Part shown: one piece after another, positions 46,114-55,389 of the stretch | How positions within the stretch are numbered: the stretch's first letter is position 1 | Layout of the letters: each line of letters begins with the position of its first letter | Source of the DNA: a bacterium | GTDB lineage: Bacteria; UBA8248 | Assembly: GCA_965221165.1 (NCBI GenBank) | Contig: CBDCRP010000002.1 | Coordinates: forward strand, 576,001 to 640,000 | Reading direction: 5' to 3' | Length of the DNA stretch: 64,000 nucleotides | The notes under the pieces: generated by a model | The model's input: only the letters and a program-made list of their open reading frames with translations | What the model was told of the DNA's origin: nothing | Database searches by the model: none | Made by a program: the position numbers and the translations under genes

Positions 46114-46530
46114 ATGCCTTTTTACCGCACCGAAACCATCGAGAACGTACAGCTCAGCACGGGAAACCCGGGTGAGTACAAGCTCCTCGGCGGGGAGTTC
46201 ATGAAGGCGGGCGTCGTCACCTACCGTAAGGGCACGGGCTCCAAACCCCACTGGCACAACAACGAGGAGCAGTACGTCTACATCATCGAGGGCAAGCGAT
46301 ACATGCGACTGGGCGATGAGGAGCGAATCATCGGCCCCGGCGACATCCTCCACATTCCCCGGGGAACGCTCCACGGCGGCAGGACGCTCACCGAAAAGGC
46401 GGTGATGTTCGTGTCGAAATCACCCGCCGAAGACCCCGACCTGGGCGCGGACCACCACTATCCGGACGATCTGGCGGACATCATCGCGCACTTAAACGCC
46501 AAGGCCGAGGAACTCTACGGTAAGGTGTAG
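46114..46530 (+). CDS. Cupin domain protein
   Basis: PHWHNNEEQ...GDILHIPRGTLHG cupin motifs, AGGAG RBS. Confidence 0.88.
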   Translation: MPFYRTETIENVQLSTGNPGEYKLLGGEFMKAGVVTYRKGTGSKPHWHNNEEQYVYIIEGKRYMRLGDEERIIGPGDILHIPRGTLHGGRTLTEKAVMFVSKSPAEDPDLGADHHYPDDLADIIAHLNAKAEELYGKV

Positions 46531-46545
46531 TGGCTTTCCTTCCTC

Positions 46546-46808
46546 GGGACTGCCCAACAATTCGCGACCTGTCCCTACCGTGAGTTCTCCCTGGTGACGT
46601 TTGGCGCGGGTGGAGGTGGTGTCCGCCACTGAATAAGCGTGATGCTAGTGTAGGGGCCGCATACATGCGGCCCACGGTTTGATATTCACAGATTTCGTAA
46701 GAACGCGCCGCAACACGGGAGGAAGAATTGCGACGCCCGTGGTCTTCGCCCCCTCCGGGAGGGTCGCATATATGGGTGGGGCGGTCCCAAGGAGGGACCG
46801 CCACCTAC
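46546..46808. repeat. Cluster of GTAG-tailed REP-like palindromes
   Basis: GTAG-GGGCCGCAT-AC-ATGCGGCCC (+, 46650-46673), GTAGGT-GGCGGTCCC-TCCTT-GGGACCGCC (-, 46780-46808), GTAGGGACAGGTCGCGA...GTCCC (-, 46546-46578). Confidence 0.65.
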
Positions 46809-46831
46809 GATGCAGGCGGCAATCACTTCCC

Positions 46832-47212
46832 CTAGAACGGATCGTCCGCAGGCGGCGCATCGGGCGCGGCTTCGCCCGCGGCCACGCCTTTCAGGCTCCA
46901 GGTGGTGTCCTTGACGTAGATGGCTTCGACCTCTTCGACGATCTCCGCCGCGTGTACCTCGTTCGCAGGCACGTGGATGACGTCGCCCGGCCCCAAATCG
47001 TATTCCTCTCCCCCCATCGTGAACTTCTGCCTTCCGCGCATGATGTAGATGAACTGCTCGCAGGCGTGGTAATGGGGCTTCGCCTCGGTGCCCGCCTCCC
47101 AAATGCGGTGGCAGAAATACATCTTCTCCCCCTTGATGGTCTCGCCGTGGCCCGAGGAGAGGCCGGGGTTCTGGTGCACGTCCTTCAAGTTTTCGAATCT
47201 GTATATGGGCAT
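46832..47212 (-). CDS. Cupin domain protein
   Basis: PHYHACEQ...GDVIHVPANEVH, CAGGAG RBS. Confidence 0.88.
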   Translation of the reverse strand: MPIYRFENLKDVHQNPGLSSGHGETIKGEKMYFCHRIWEAGTEAKPHYHACEQFIYIMRGRQKFTMGGEEYDLGPGDVIHVPANEVHAAEIVEEVEAIYVKDTTWSLKGVAAGEAAPDAPPADDPF

Positions 47213-47316
47213 TTCATACTCCTGCATATAAGGCCTCTCGCCGAAAATGCGAGAGGAACTCAAAAACGATACTGAAAATGGGCCTTGCATACTTCTTCGT
47301 TTTCAACCCCCGCGCG

Positions 47317-48201
47317 TCACCCCCGCACCTTGCGGATAAACCGCGCCACCGCTTGGCCAATCTCGTCGGGGCAATCCTCCTGCCCGTAGTGGCGCGTCGG
47401 GATGGTTATCTCCTCCTGATTCGGCCACTCCCGGCAAAACGAGCGCGCGGCCCCGGCCAGCGCGTGGCCGTACTCGCAGTTGATGAAGAGTTTCGGCAAA
47501 TCCTCGCTCGCGCGCAGATATTCGCTGTATCGCTTCACGATCTCGTAGTTATCTTGAGGCTCGCCCTCGAAGGGAATCTCACAGGCCCACTGGTGGGTCT
47601 GCCTTCTTTTCTGGGGATCCTCGGTGGGCGCGCGGTACGCCTCTTTTTCCGCCTCGCTCAAATCGCGCACGACCCCGCGTTTGAGGAGCATGGTCTCCAC
47701 GAAGAAATTCTCCTCCATGACCATCTGAAGCCCCGCCTCGCCGCGCAGCGTCTTGAACTGCGCCACCCTGTCTTCGGGCATGTCGGTCCAAAGGCGCGGC
47801 CGCACCATGGACTCCATATAGGAGAGGCCGACCACCTGTTCGGGATACCGGGAGACGCGGTTGAACCCGAGCGCGGCCCCCCAGTCGTGCAGCACCAAAA
47901 ACGCATTTTTAGTCGCTCCCACGGCCTCGAACCACGCATCCATAAAGGGAATGTGATCCGCATACCGGCAGCCGCCGCCGGGAATGTTGTCCGACGCCCC
48001 GCTGTTCATGAGGTCGGGCGCCAGGCATCGCCCCAGGCCTTCCAAATGGGGGATCACGTTTCGCCACAGATAAGAAGTCGCCGGATTCCCGTGCAAGAGC
48101 ACGATGGGCGCGCCTTCTCCGGCTTCGATATACGCCATCTCCGCGTCGAGCACTTTCACGCGCTTTCTCTCATAGGGATCATCGGGGGAGACGGGACTCA
48201 T
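47317..48201 (-). CDS. Haloalkane dehalogenase (HLD-II, DhaA/LinB-like)
   Basis: HGNPATSYLWRN, VLHDWG (Asp nucleophile plus Trp), YMES (Glu), HYGQED (His). Confidence 0.9.
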   Translation of the reverse strand: MSPVSPDDPYERKRVKVLDAEMAYIEAGEGAPIVLLHGNPATSYLWRNVIPHLEGLGRCLAPDLMNSGASDNIPGGGCRYADHIPFMDAWFEAVGATKNAFLVLHDWGAALGFNRVSRYPEQVVGLSYMESMVRPRLWTDMPEDRVAQFKTLRGEAGLQMVMEENFFVETMLLKRGVVRDLSEAEKEAYRAPTEDPQKRRQTHQWACEIPFEGEPQDNYEIVKRYSEYLRASEDLPKLFINCEYGHALAGAARSFCREWPNQEEITIPTRHYGQEDCPDEIGQAVARFIRKVRG

Positions 48202-48255
48202 GGACGACTCCAAAATCAAGAATCATGATTAGAGAGGGCGCGCATCGCGCCCGCT

Positions 48256-48627
48256 TCAGTTGGGCGCGCCCTCTTCCTGCCTGGGCTCGATGAGTTCCAG
48301 CCGCGCGTCGCCCTCCAGCATCCCCACCCTATAGAGGGTGTGCGCCAGAGACTGCGGGGATTTTAATACGCGCACCCTTTGAGAGCCGCTCAACAGCAGC
48401 CGGACCAGATCTACCATGCGGGCGACGGCGGCGCCGTCGAGCAATTCCAGTTCTTCTAAATCCAAGTGTGATAGCTCAGCACCCAGAACCTGGCTTTCCA
48501 TCGCCTCCAGGACGCGGGCCGCTCCACCGGCGTCCAAGTCTCCTGCGAGTATGAAGCGCGCGCCCGAGACGGATTTTCTGAGTTCATAGTGAGGATGCGA
48601 AAGCAGGGTTTGTTGCTTGGAGTTCAC
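48256..48627 (-). CDS. STAS-like domain protein
   Basis: LAGDLD...LDLEELELLDGAAV...TLYRVGM matches STAS topology. Confidence 0.65.
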   Translation of the reverse strand: MNSKQQTLLSHPHYELRKSVSGARFILAGDLDAGGAARVLEAMESQVLGAELSHLDLEELELLDGAAVARMVDLVRLLLSGSQRVRVLKSPQSLAHTLYRVGMLEGDARLELIEPRQEEGAPN

Positions 48628-48639
48628 CGCGAATGGGAC

Positions 48640-49728
48640 TTAATGGGAATGGGCGTTCGTGAGCGGGAAATCTATGGGCCGGTTTTCTTTCGCGCTGTGC
48701 TCTATAGCCAGCGTCACTTCGAGCACCGTGCGGGCGTGTTCGGGCAGGGCGAGGGAAACGCTCCTGCCCATCGTCACTCTTTCCAGGAAAAGCCTGGTCT
48801 CATCGCGCATCGGCCCCCAGAAATCGCCCACCAGCCAGTCGCCCGCCATCATCGACTCCAAAAAGACGACGTCGGACGTCATGCCGTCCACGTAGGGCGA
48901 GGGAACGCCCTTGTTCGTCGCCATGATGGCGTTTTTGTGCGAATCGTCTATCGCGATGGCCCCCTCGGTGCCCATGACCTCGAGATCGATGGAGGTGATG
49001 TTCGCAGGCCAGTTGTCCGGCAGAATCCAGGAGCAGCCGAAGTTCACGGTGCCGCCGTCCTCGAACGTGAGGATCGCCCACGCCCAATCGCCGCAGCCCA
49101 TGGGATGATGCGGGAACACCTTGCTGCCCCCCTGGGCGTATACGCGCTTGGGTTTTCTGCCCTCGAAATACCAGAGACAAATATCCACCATGTAGGTGAG
49201 CGTATCGGTGACGGGGCCCGCGTGGGCGGCGCGCTTGTATATCTCCGCCCCGTTGGTGGTGACGTTATACAGCGTGGCGCGCGCGGTCTGCAGATGCCCG
49301 AGCCGTCCCCTCTGGATCTGCTCCTTGGCGTTTAAGAAACGGCGTCTTTGCCGCTGCGTGTAGCCGATGAAAAGCTCCGCGCTTGATTTCTCATACGCCG
49401 CGAGAATCCTGTCCGCATCATCCAGAGACAGGGATATCGGTTTTTCGCACAGCACGGGCTTTCCGAGTTCCAGCGCCCGGCAGACGGCGTCGGCATGGTC
49501 GAACTCAGGGGTCGAGACGATGAGGGCGTCCACGTCGGGATGCGCGATTACCGCCTCGTTGTCGCCCGAATGAAAATCGGCCTGCGTCTCTCCTGCGATG
49601 AGCGCAGCGCGTTCGGGGTCTCTGTCCGATAAGGCGAGAAATTTCACCTCCGGCGAACCGGACGCAAGATGCGCGCGCAGCCGCCCCATGCGTCCCGAAC
49701 CTATGATGCCCAATCCGATTTGCTTCAC
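48640..49728 (-). CDS. Gfo/Idh/MocA family NAD(P)-dependent oxidoreductase
   Basis: GIIGSGRMG, VSTPEFDH, VLCEKP. Confidence 0.92.
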   Translation of the reverse strand: MKQIGLGIIGSGRMGRLRAHLASGSPEVKFLALSDRDPERAALIAGETQADFHSGDNEAVIAHPDVDALIVSTPEFDHADAVCRALELGKPVLCEKPISLSLDDADRILAAYEKSSAELFIGYTQRQRRRFLNAKEQIQRGRLGHLQTARATLYNVTTNGAEIYKRAAHAGPVTDTLTYMVDICLWYFEGRKPKRVYAQGGSKVFPHHPMGCGDWAWAILTFEDGGTVNFGCSWILPDNWPANITSIDLEVMGTEGAIAIDDSHKNAIMATNKGVPSPYVDGMTSDVVFLESMMAGDWLVGDFWGPMRDETRLFLERVTMGRSVSLALPEHARTVLEVTLAIEHSAKENRPIDFPLTNAHSH

Positions 49729-50475
49729 CTTTTCATCCTTTTAGGTATATAGAGCTAGTTTCAACAACCGGAAAAAAATTTTATCTTATTGATATCATTA
49801 CAAATAACTGTTTTCATCAATTTTGTCTCGAATCCGCCTTCCAAAATATGCAATCAAAGCGAAAGCGGATTGATTAAAACTCCTGCGCAAACCGGCGCGT
49901 CCGTGTCGGACGATTGTACAACCCTCCTTCAAAGTACGGCTCGCCTCAGATTCTTTACGTTTATGCTCCTAGGCAACCCGGCTCCGATGGACGGCGCATC
50001 CAGAAAGCGCGTCTGCGAAAGACCCTACGGGGCTTTACGCCGATACCGCCACGTGCGACCGCAGGGGAGACGAGCCGGAACGGTCTGCCCATCATGTCAA
50101 GCAGCAATATATATCATGAACGAAATGCCGGAAAGACCCTTCGCAAATCCACAACAGGAGGAAACACTCGTATCATCCTGGCATAGTCCCGGCGCGGTTA
50201 ATTTGATGGGGACGGGATGGACGTCGGGCAGGTTCGAAAGAAGCAGCGCGATTGAATGAAGGCGCCACCAGACCAAGCCTGCGGCGCAGTCGACAACAGC
50301 GACGATGACCTTCCGAGCAGGACGACGGGCTTGTGGGGATGAGATTGCGTGTCCGGTGACGGAAGCCTAAAATATCTGGCATCCTGTGTAAAGTTTTTCA
50401 GATGGATGAAAAAAGGGTTGGCATGATCATCGATCACCACTTGCCGGAGGGCGTTATAAATGACCTGTTCACAGG

Positions 50476-50670
50476 GCGGTTCGGGCGGGCGTCACCTTCG
50501 CCTATTTCGGCTTTCCCGAAAACCCGGCCAATTCGGTGGTTCACCGGGTGCCGGACCCCCTGACCAACCGCTATCGCTATAAGCTGGGCAAGGGGAAGTT
50601 GAAGAAGATTGGAGAATCTCCGCACAAGCATTCCCTGACGAGTCTTAGTTTCGTTCCCCGGACGCTTTGA
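50476..50670 (+). pseudogene. 3' remnant of an AioA-like / IdrA-type (arsenite-oxidase-like, iodate reductase clade) molybdoenzyme large subunit
   Basis: Start-less frame AVRAGVTFAYFGFPENPANSVVHRVPDPLTNRYRYKLGKGKLKKIGESPHKHSLTSLSFVPRTL*, with in-frame TGA at 50461 upstream. Matches the recalled C-terminal consensus PANS..HRVPDP..NRYRFKLGKG...KIGESP.K.....SF.PR. Confidence 0.72.
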
Positions 50671-50721
50671 TGGAGATGGATGCTTACAAACCCGTAGAAC
50701 CGTGAGGGAGGTTGAAAACGA

Positions 50722-51102
50722 ATGACTCGATCGAGAAGCTTTTTCATCTGCGCCATCGGCGTACTCGGAATGGCGATCTTTTTCTGGTCCTCTAATGACG
50801 GCGTCGCTCAGCAAAAAGGCGACGCTGCGGCCGGCAAGGTCAAATACCAGCAGCTTTGCGCCTCCTGCCACGGGGCGAAGGGCAAGGGCGACGGTCCCGC
50901 TGCCGGTGCGCTCAACCCGAAACCCAGAAATCACACGGACGCCAAATATATGAAGACCATATCGGATGAGTATATCGCCAAGATCACCAAGCTAGGCGGC
51001 GTCGCGGTAGGGAAATCGCCGTTGATGCCCCCCTGGGGCGGAGTTCTTTCGGACCCGGACGTCCGAAACGTAGTCGCATTCATTCGCTCCCTGGCGAAAT
51101 AG
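50722..51102 (+). CDS. Periplasmic monoheme cytochrome c
   Basis: Signal peptide, CASCH, distal Met in LMPPWG, GGAGG RBS. Confidence 0.92.
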   Translation: MTRSRSFFICAIGVLGMAIFFWSSNDGVAQQKGDAAAGKVKYQQLCASCHGAKGKGDGPAAGALNPKPRNHTDAKYMKTISDEYIAKITKLGGVAVGKSPLMPPWGGVLSDPDVRNVVAFIRSLAK

Positions 51103-51336
51103 GAGCATGGGGATGGATTCAGGGAATCGGGATACTCTCCCCCCCGAGCGCTCCTTTCGGGTCGAGTTGCCCCATTGACTTTTCGACTGCTCACGCCTAT
51201 CTTTTTTTATAGGCGCGAGCTAAGCGCATCGTTGGACCCACGAAATTAGACCCCCGTTCGGGGGGAGGAGAAAGGAGCCCAGGCAAAGTTCGTCCCGCCG
51301 ACATAGGAGCAGAGACTGTTCGAGAGGAGAACACTT

Positions 51337-52077
51337 ATGAAAAAGTGGCGCTCATCCTTGGTACTCGTCGGTTTTCTCCTCACTTCTTTGCTCATCGTCA
51401 CATTCCTTTTCCCCACCGAAACCAAGGCTTTTGAGCGGGATTCCAAATGGGATTCCGTCTATTCGAAGGGTAGCCGGCTCTACCTGACACACTGCGCGGC
51501 CTGCCACGGGAAGGACGGCGAAGGGGGCGTGGGTCTCCCCCTGAACCTGCAAAGCTTCCTGTCCGTCGCGCCCGAAGGGTACATCCGCCGCTCCATCTTC
51601 TACGGGCGGTTGCCGCGTCATATGCTCCCGTTTGGGATTTTCCTGAAGAAGGAAGACATCGAAGCCATCGCCTCCTACGTGCGAAGCTGGCAGCTCCGCG
51701 ACTATGCGGGGATCGATCAAAACCGGGTGGCGGGCTCCGTTTCCCGCGGAAAGCTCTTCTTCGACGGGATGTGCTCCGGTTGCCATGGGCGGGACGGTCT
51801 CGGCGGCCCCCATGTGGGTGGAGGGCACGTGACCAATGCCATGGCGGGTTACGCCGGACCCGCCCTGAATAACCAGGGTTTTCTGAAATCCGCCACCGAC
51901 GGCTACATCAAGGCGACGATGATGCAGGGCCGGGTCGGTACGCCGATGGGCGCCTACCTCAAAGGAAAGCAAGGGATGGTGGAACTGACCGAGGAAGAGA
52001 TTAACGACATCGTCGCTTACATCCGCACCTGGGAAAAGCACGATTCGGGACCCGTAGACCCCTGGAGGGCCAAGTGA
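51337..52077 (+). CDS. Periplasmic diheme cytochrome c (two class-I domains)
   Basis: Signal peptide, CAACH and CSGCH, Met ligands HMLPFG and TPMGAY. Stop overlaps the next gene's GTG. Confidence 0.92.
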   Translation: MKKWRSSLVLVGFLLTSLLIVTFLFPTETKAFERDSKWDSVYSKGSRLYLTHCAACHGKDGEGGVGLPLNLQSFLSVAPEGYIRRSIFYGRLPRHMLPFGIFLKKEDIEAIASYVRSWQLRDYAGIDQNRVAGSVSRGKLFFDGMCSGCHGRDGLGGPHVGGGHVTNAMAGYAGPALNNQGFLKSATDGYIKATMMQGRVGTPMGAYLKGKQGMVELTEEEINDIVAYIRTWEKHDSGPVDPWRAK

Positions 52078-54713
52078 TGCCGAGGTTTAATCGCCGTACG
52101 TTTCTGCAGTCGTCCACTGCCCTGGCCACCGGACTCGCCATGGGCGGAACCCTGACCCGCGACAAGGAGTTGTTTCAACTCGTCGGAGCAGCGGAAGGCG
52201 CCCAGGACACGCGAAAGCTGGTCCCCACGCAATGCCCCTACTGCGGAGTGGGATGCCACACCTACTACGTCGTCGAGAATGAAAAGATCGTGGCGTGCAT
52301 CCCGGACAAGGACTCCCCCGTCAACCTGGGTCTGCAGTGCATCAAGGGTCTCACGGCCGCGGAGTCCCTCTACGTCGACCGGTTGGACAAAATCCTGATC
52401 CGCAAGGACATGTCCAACCCGCTGACCGGGCACGTCTCCAAGACGAAAGGGCGTTTCGATGACGATGTCTTCCGGGTCGGCACGTGGGAAGAAGGCATGG
52501 ACATCGTCTCCAGCATGGTCGTCGGGATCGTGAAGAAACACGGGGGAAACTCCGTCGGGATCTATCAGTCCGGCCAGCTGACCATGGAGGAGCAATGGCT
52601 GGACAACATCCTCTACAAGGGCGTTCTCCAGTCGAATACCATCGAGGCCAACGCCCGGATGTGCATGACCTCGGCCGTGACGGGCTACATTCACAGCCTC
52701 GGAAGCGACCATCCACCGGGGAACTATTCCGATATCGAAGATGCCGACTTCATCAATCACTGGGGACATAACGCGCGCGGGTCGCACCCCGTCCTCTTCT
52801 GGCGCGTGGCCGCCACCAAGGAAAAACGGAACATCCCGACCATGGTGGTCGACCCGCGCTATACCGGGACCATGGACGGCTACGCCCAGGTCAACCGCAA
52901 CAACAGCCTCTCGATCACCCTTCGTCCCAACGGCGACCTCTCCCTTCAGAACGCCATCGCCCACACCCTGATGAAGGAGTTCCCCCAGGCCGTGGACGAG
53001 GCCTTCATCCGGGGGCACACGGACGGGTTCGACGATTACCGCGAGGGCATCATGGCCCGGTACAGCCCGGAGCAGGTCATCGATCGAACGGGGATCGCCC
53101 CCTCCGTGGTCAGGCGGATCGCCTCGATCTGGGCGGACGCCACCCTGAAGGGGCGGCGGCGCAAGAAAGGCGGCGTCCTCTCTTTCTGGGGGATCGGGTA
53201 CAACCAGTCGATCCATGGACAGCACCGCACCATCAACCTCATCAACCTCCATCTGCTGACCGGAAACATCGGCCGGCCGGGAGCCGGCCCGTTCTCCATG
53301 ACGGGACAGCCCAACGCCATGAGCGAACGCCTCATGGGCGGCCTGACCGGACGGCTTCCGTTCAACGAGGGCATCAAGAATGCCGAGCACCGCCGGAAGA
53401 TAAACGAGGCCTGGGGTCTCCCTCCGGGACGGCTCGACGTCACCGCCGCCGCCCCGAACAAGGGCATGACCATCGGCATGTTCGAGCGCGCCTTCAAGGG
53501 TGAAGTCAAGGTGATGCAGTTCGCCTACGCCACCCACGTGGATCTGCCGGAGGTGGAAACCCTCATCCGGCCCGCCATCACCAAGACGTTTACCTACATG
53601 GTGGAGGCCTACCGGCACGCCCCGAATCTTCTCTACGGCGATGTCATCTTCCCCGCCGCCACCCACGGGGAGAAATGGGGGGTGTACCAGAACAGCGAAC
53701 GAAAGATGTACGTCACGGACAAGGCCATGGAGCCGCCCAAAAACTGCAGGCCCGATCTGGACGTCATCATCGACGAGGGCAAGTCCATCGCCAAGAAGCT
53801 CGGCCTGAACGCGGAGAAGATATTCCCCTATGAGAGGAAGGCGGATGGTTTCTATGACCCCGAGGAGGTCTATCGGGACATCTGCCGGGCCAGCAAGGGA
53901 ACGGATGCGGATTTGACGGGAATCGTGGAGGTGGAAAAGCGGGACAAGCTCTCTCCCTATGAGCAGCTTCGAAAGCGCAAGGGAATCTTTTATCCCGCCC
54001 CCACGTATGAGATCGCCAAAGAGGGAGGGGTCGCGCGCAAGTACATGGCGCAGGAGAAGGGCTGGAAGGACAAGCCCTACAGCGCCTTCCGCCGCAAGAA
54101 CGGCAGGGCGAAGTTCAAGCTCACCGAGCAGGACTATTCACGCGCCAAAGAGCTGACGGATATCTTCGCGAAAGCGGGCAAAGACCCGAATTTCTACGCC
54201 GTTGACCATTACGACGTCCTGATCCAGATGCGCGACAACGGGTTGACGCCGGAACTTCCGGATTTCGACTACTACGGAAAATCCATGGCGGAGATTCAGA
54301 AAGCCGACAAGTACCCGTTCTGGCTGAGCCTGGGAGTCGTCTTCGAGCACTTCCACACCACCAAGACGATCCGGGCGCCCACCACCCGCCGACTGGTGCC
54401 GGAACAGTATCTCGAATTGAATCCCCGCGACGCTCGAAAACTGGGAATCGAAGACGGGGAATGGGTCCGGGTCGTAACGCCGCGGGGCAGTTACGAGGCG
54501 CGAGCCAGCATCGGCACGAAGAGCAAGGTCAAACCCGCGCGCAACAAGGTCATGCCGGGGCAGCTGTTCTCCCCGTGGAACCTATCCGTCGCGGACAGCG
54601 CCGACCCGAAGAAGAACCGCTGGCTCGTCAACGCGGTCACGCATCGGGCCTTTGATCCGGTATCCGGCCAAGTGGACTTTAAGCACGTAAAAGCAAGGAT
54701 CGAGAAGATATGA
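52074..54713 (+). CDS. napA: Tat-exported NapA/Nas-family molybdopterin oxidoreductase (periplasmic nitrate reductase-like)
   Basis: NRRTFLQ Tat signal, CPYCGVGC...CIKG [4Fe-4S] motif, NARMCMTSAV Mo-Cys, GQPNAM, C-terminal DPVSGQVDFK. Confidence 0.75.
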   Translation: MMPRFNRRTFLQSSTALATGLAMGGTLTRDKELFQLVGAAEGAQDTRKLVPTQCPYCGVGCHTYYVVENEKIVACIPDKDSPVNLGLQCIKGLTAAESLYVDRLDKILIRKDMSNPLTGHVSKTKGRFDDDVFRVGTWEEGMDIVSSMVVGIVKKHGGNSVGIYQSGQLTMEEQWLDNILYKGVLQSNTIEANARMCMTSAVTGYIHSLGSDHPPGNYSDIEDADFINHWGHNARGSHPVLFWRVAATKEKRNIPTMVVDPRYTGTMDGYAQVNRNNSLSITLRPNGDLSLQNAIAHTLMKEFPQAVDEAFIRGHTDGFDDYREGIMARYSPEQVIDRTGIAPSVVRRIASIWADATLKGRRRKKGGVLSFWGIGYNQSIHGQHRTINLINLHLLTGNIGRPGAGPFSMTGQPNAMSERLMGGLTGRLPFNEGIKNAEHRRKINEAWGLPPGRLDVTAAAPNKGMTIGMFERAFKGEVKVMQFAYATHVDLPEVETLIRPAITKTFTYMVEAYRHAPNLLYGDVIFPAATHGEKWGVYQNSERKMYVTDKAMEPPKNCRPDLDVIIDEGKSIAKKLGLNAEKIFPYERKADGFYDPEEVYRDICRASKGTDADLTGIVEVEKRDKLSPYEQLRKRKGIFYPAPTYEIAKEGGVARKYMAQEKGWKDKPYSAFRRKNGRAKFKLTEQDYSRAKELTDIFAKAGKDPNFYAVDHYDVLIQMRDNGLTPELPDFDYYGKSMAEIQKADKYPFWLSLGVVFEHFHTTKTIRAPTTRRLVPEQYLELNPRDARKLGIEDGEWVRVVTPRGSYEARASIGTKSKVKPARNKVMPGQLFSPWNLSVADSADPKKNRWLVNAVTHRAFDPVSGQVDFKHVKARIEKI

Positions 54714-54794
54714 ATCCTCGATGAAACGAGAGGGATGGGGAGGGGACTCTCGCCTTCCTCATCTTTCCGGGCTTGGAGTTTTGGAGGTGGTAGA

Positions 54795-55385
54795 ATGGGC
54801 CTAAACAGACGGAGGTTCCTCCTCGCGGGGGCGCTGGCGCTATCCGGCGTCGCCTCCTGGGTCGCGGCCGGACGGAGGGGTTTCGCGAGTGCCAAAACGC
54901 GTTTCCGCCGTCTCCTTCGCCCGCCCGGGGCTCTGAGCGAGCAAGAGTTCCTCGATCGGTGCATTCGCTGCGCGAGGTGCGCCGCCGTCTGTCCGAACAC
55001 CGCCATTCAGATGGCCGGGTTCGGGGAGGGCCTTCGAAACCTCAACACACCCTACATCGTCCCCCGCGAACAGGCTTGCATGCTTTGTATGAAGTGCACC
55101 GAAGTCTGCCCGACGGGGGCCTTGACCCAAATCGCCCCGGACGCCGCCGCCGTCCTCTCTCAGGTCAAGATGGGTCGCGCGGTGGTGGATCAATCCATGT
55201 GCTACTCGTACCAGAAGCGCACCTGCGGGGTGTGCATTCGCGCCTGTCCTTTTCCCGGGGTGGCCATGAAGACCGGAATGTACGAGCAGCCCATCGTGAC
55301 GGACGCCTGCGTGGGCTGCGGGCTCTGCGAGCGCGCCTGCATCCACGTCCCGCAGGCGATCCGGATCGTCCCGGTGGAGTCCTGA
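54795..55385 (+). CDS. napG: NapG/MauM-type ferredoxin
   Basis: NRRRFL Tat signal, LRPPGA, four CxxCxxC...CP-type clusters, GGAGG RBS. Confidence 0.85.
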   Translation: MGLNRRRFLLAGALALSGVASWVAAGRRGFASAKTRFRRLLRPPGALSEQEFLDRCIRCARCAAVCPNTAIQMAGFGEGLRNLNTPYIVPREQACMLCMKCTEVCPTGALTQIAPDAAAVLSQVKMGRAVVDQSMCYSYQKRTCGVCIRACPFPGVAMKTGMYEQPIVTDACVGCGLCERACIHVPQAIRIVPVES

Positions 55386-55389
55386 TACC

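Noticed and set aside
46531-46831. 6S RNA or CRISPR array in the cupin intergenic region
   Set aside because: No single long rod with central bubble and no regularly spaced identical repeats. Better explained as REP-like hairpins. No CRISPR array was seen anywhere in the window.
49789-50440. ORFs of 156, 90, 69 and 80 aa in the gap before the AioA-like relic
   Set aside because: No RBS or motif support, mutually overlapping, composition unlike real genes.
51103-51336. Moco/Tuco riboswitch before the cytochrome-napA genes
   Set aside because: Only short hairpins and a GAAAGGAG word. The conserved core could not be matched by eye, and cmscan would settle it.
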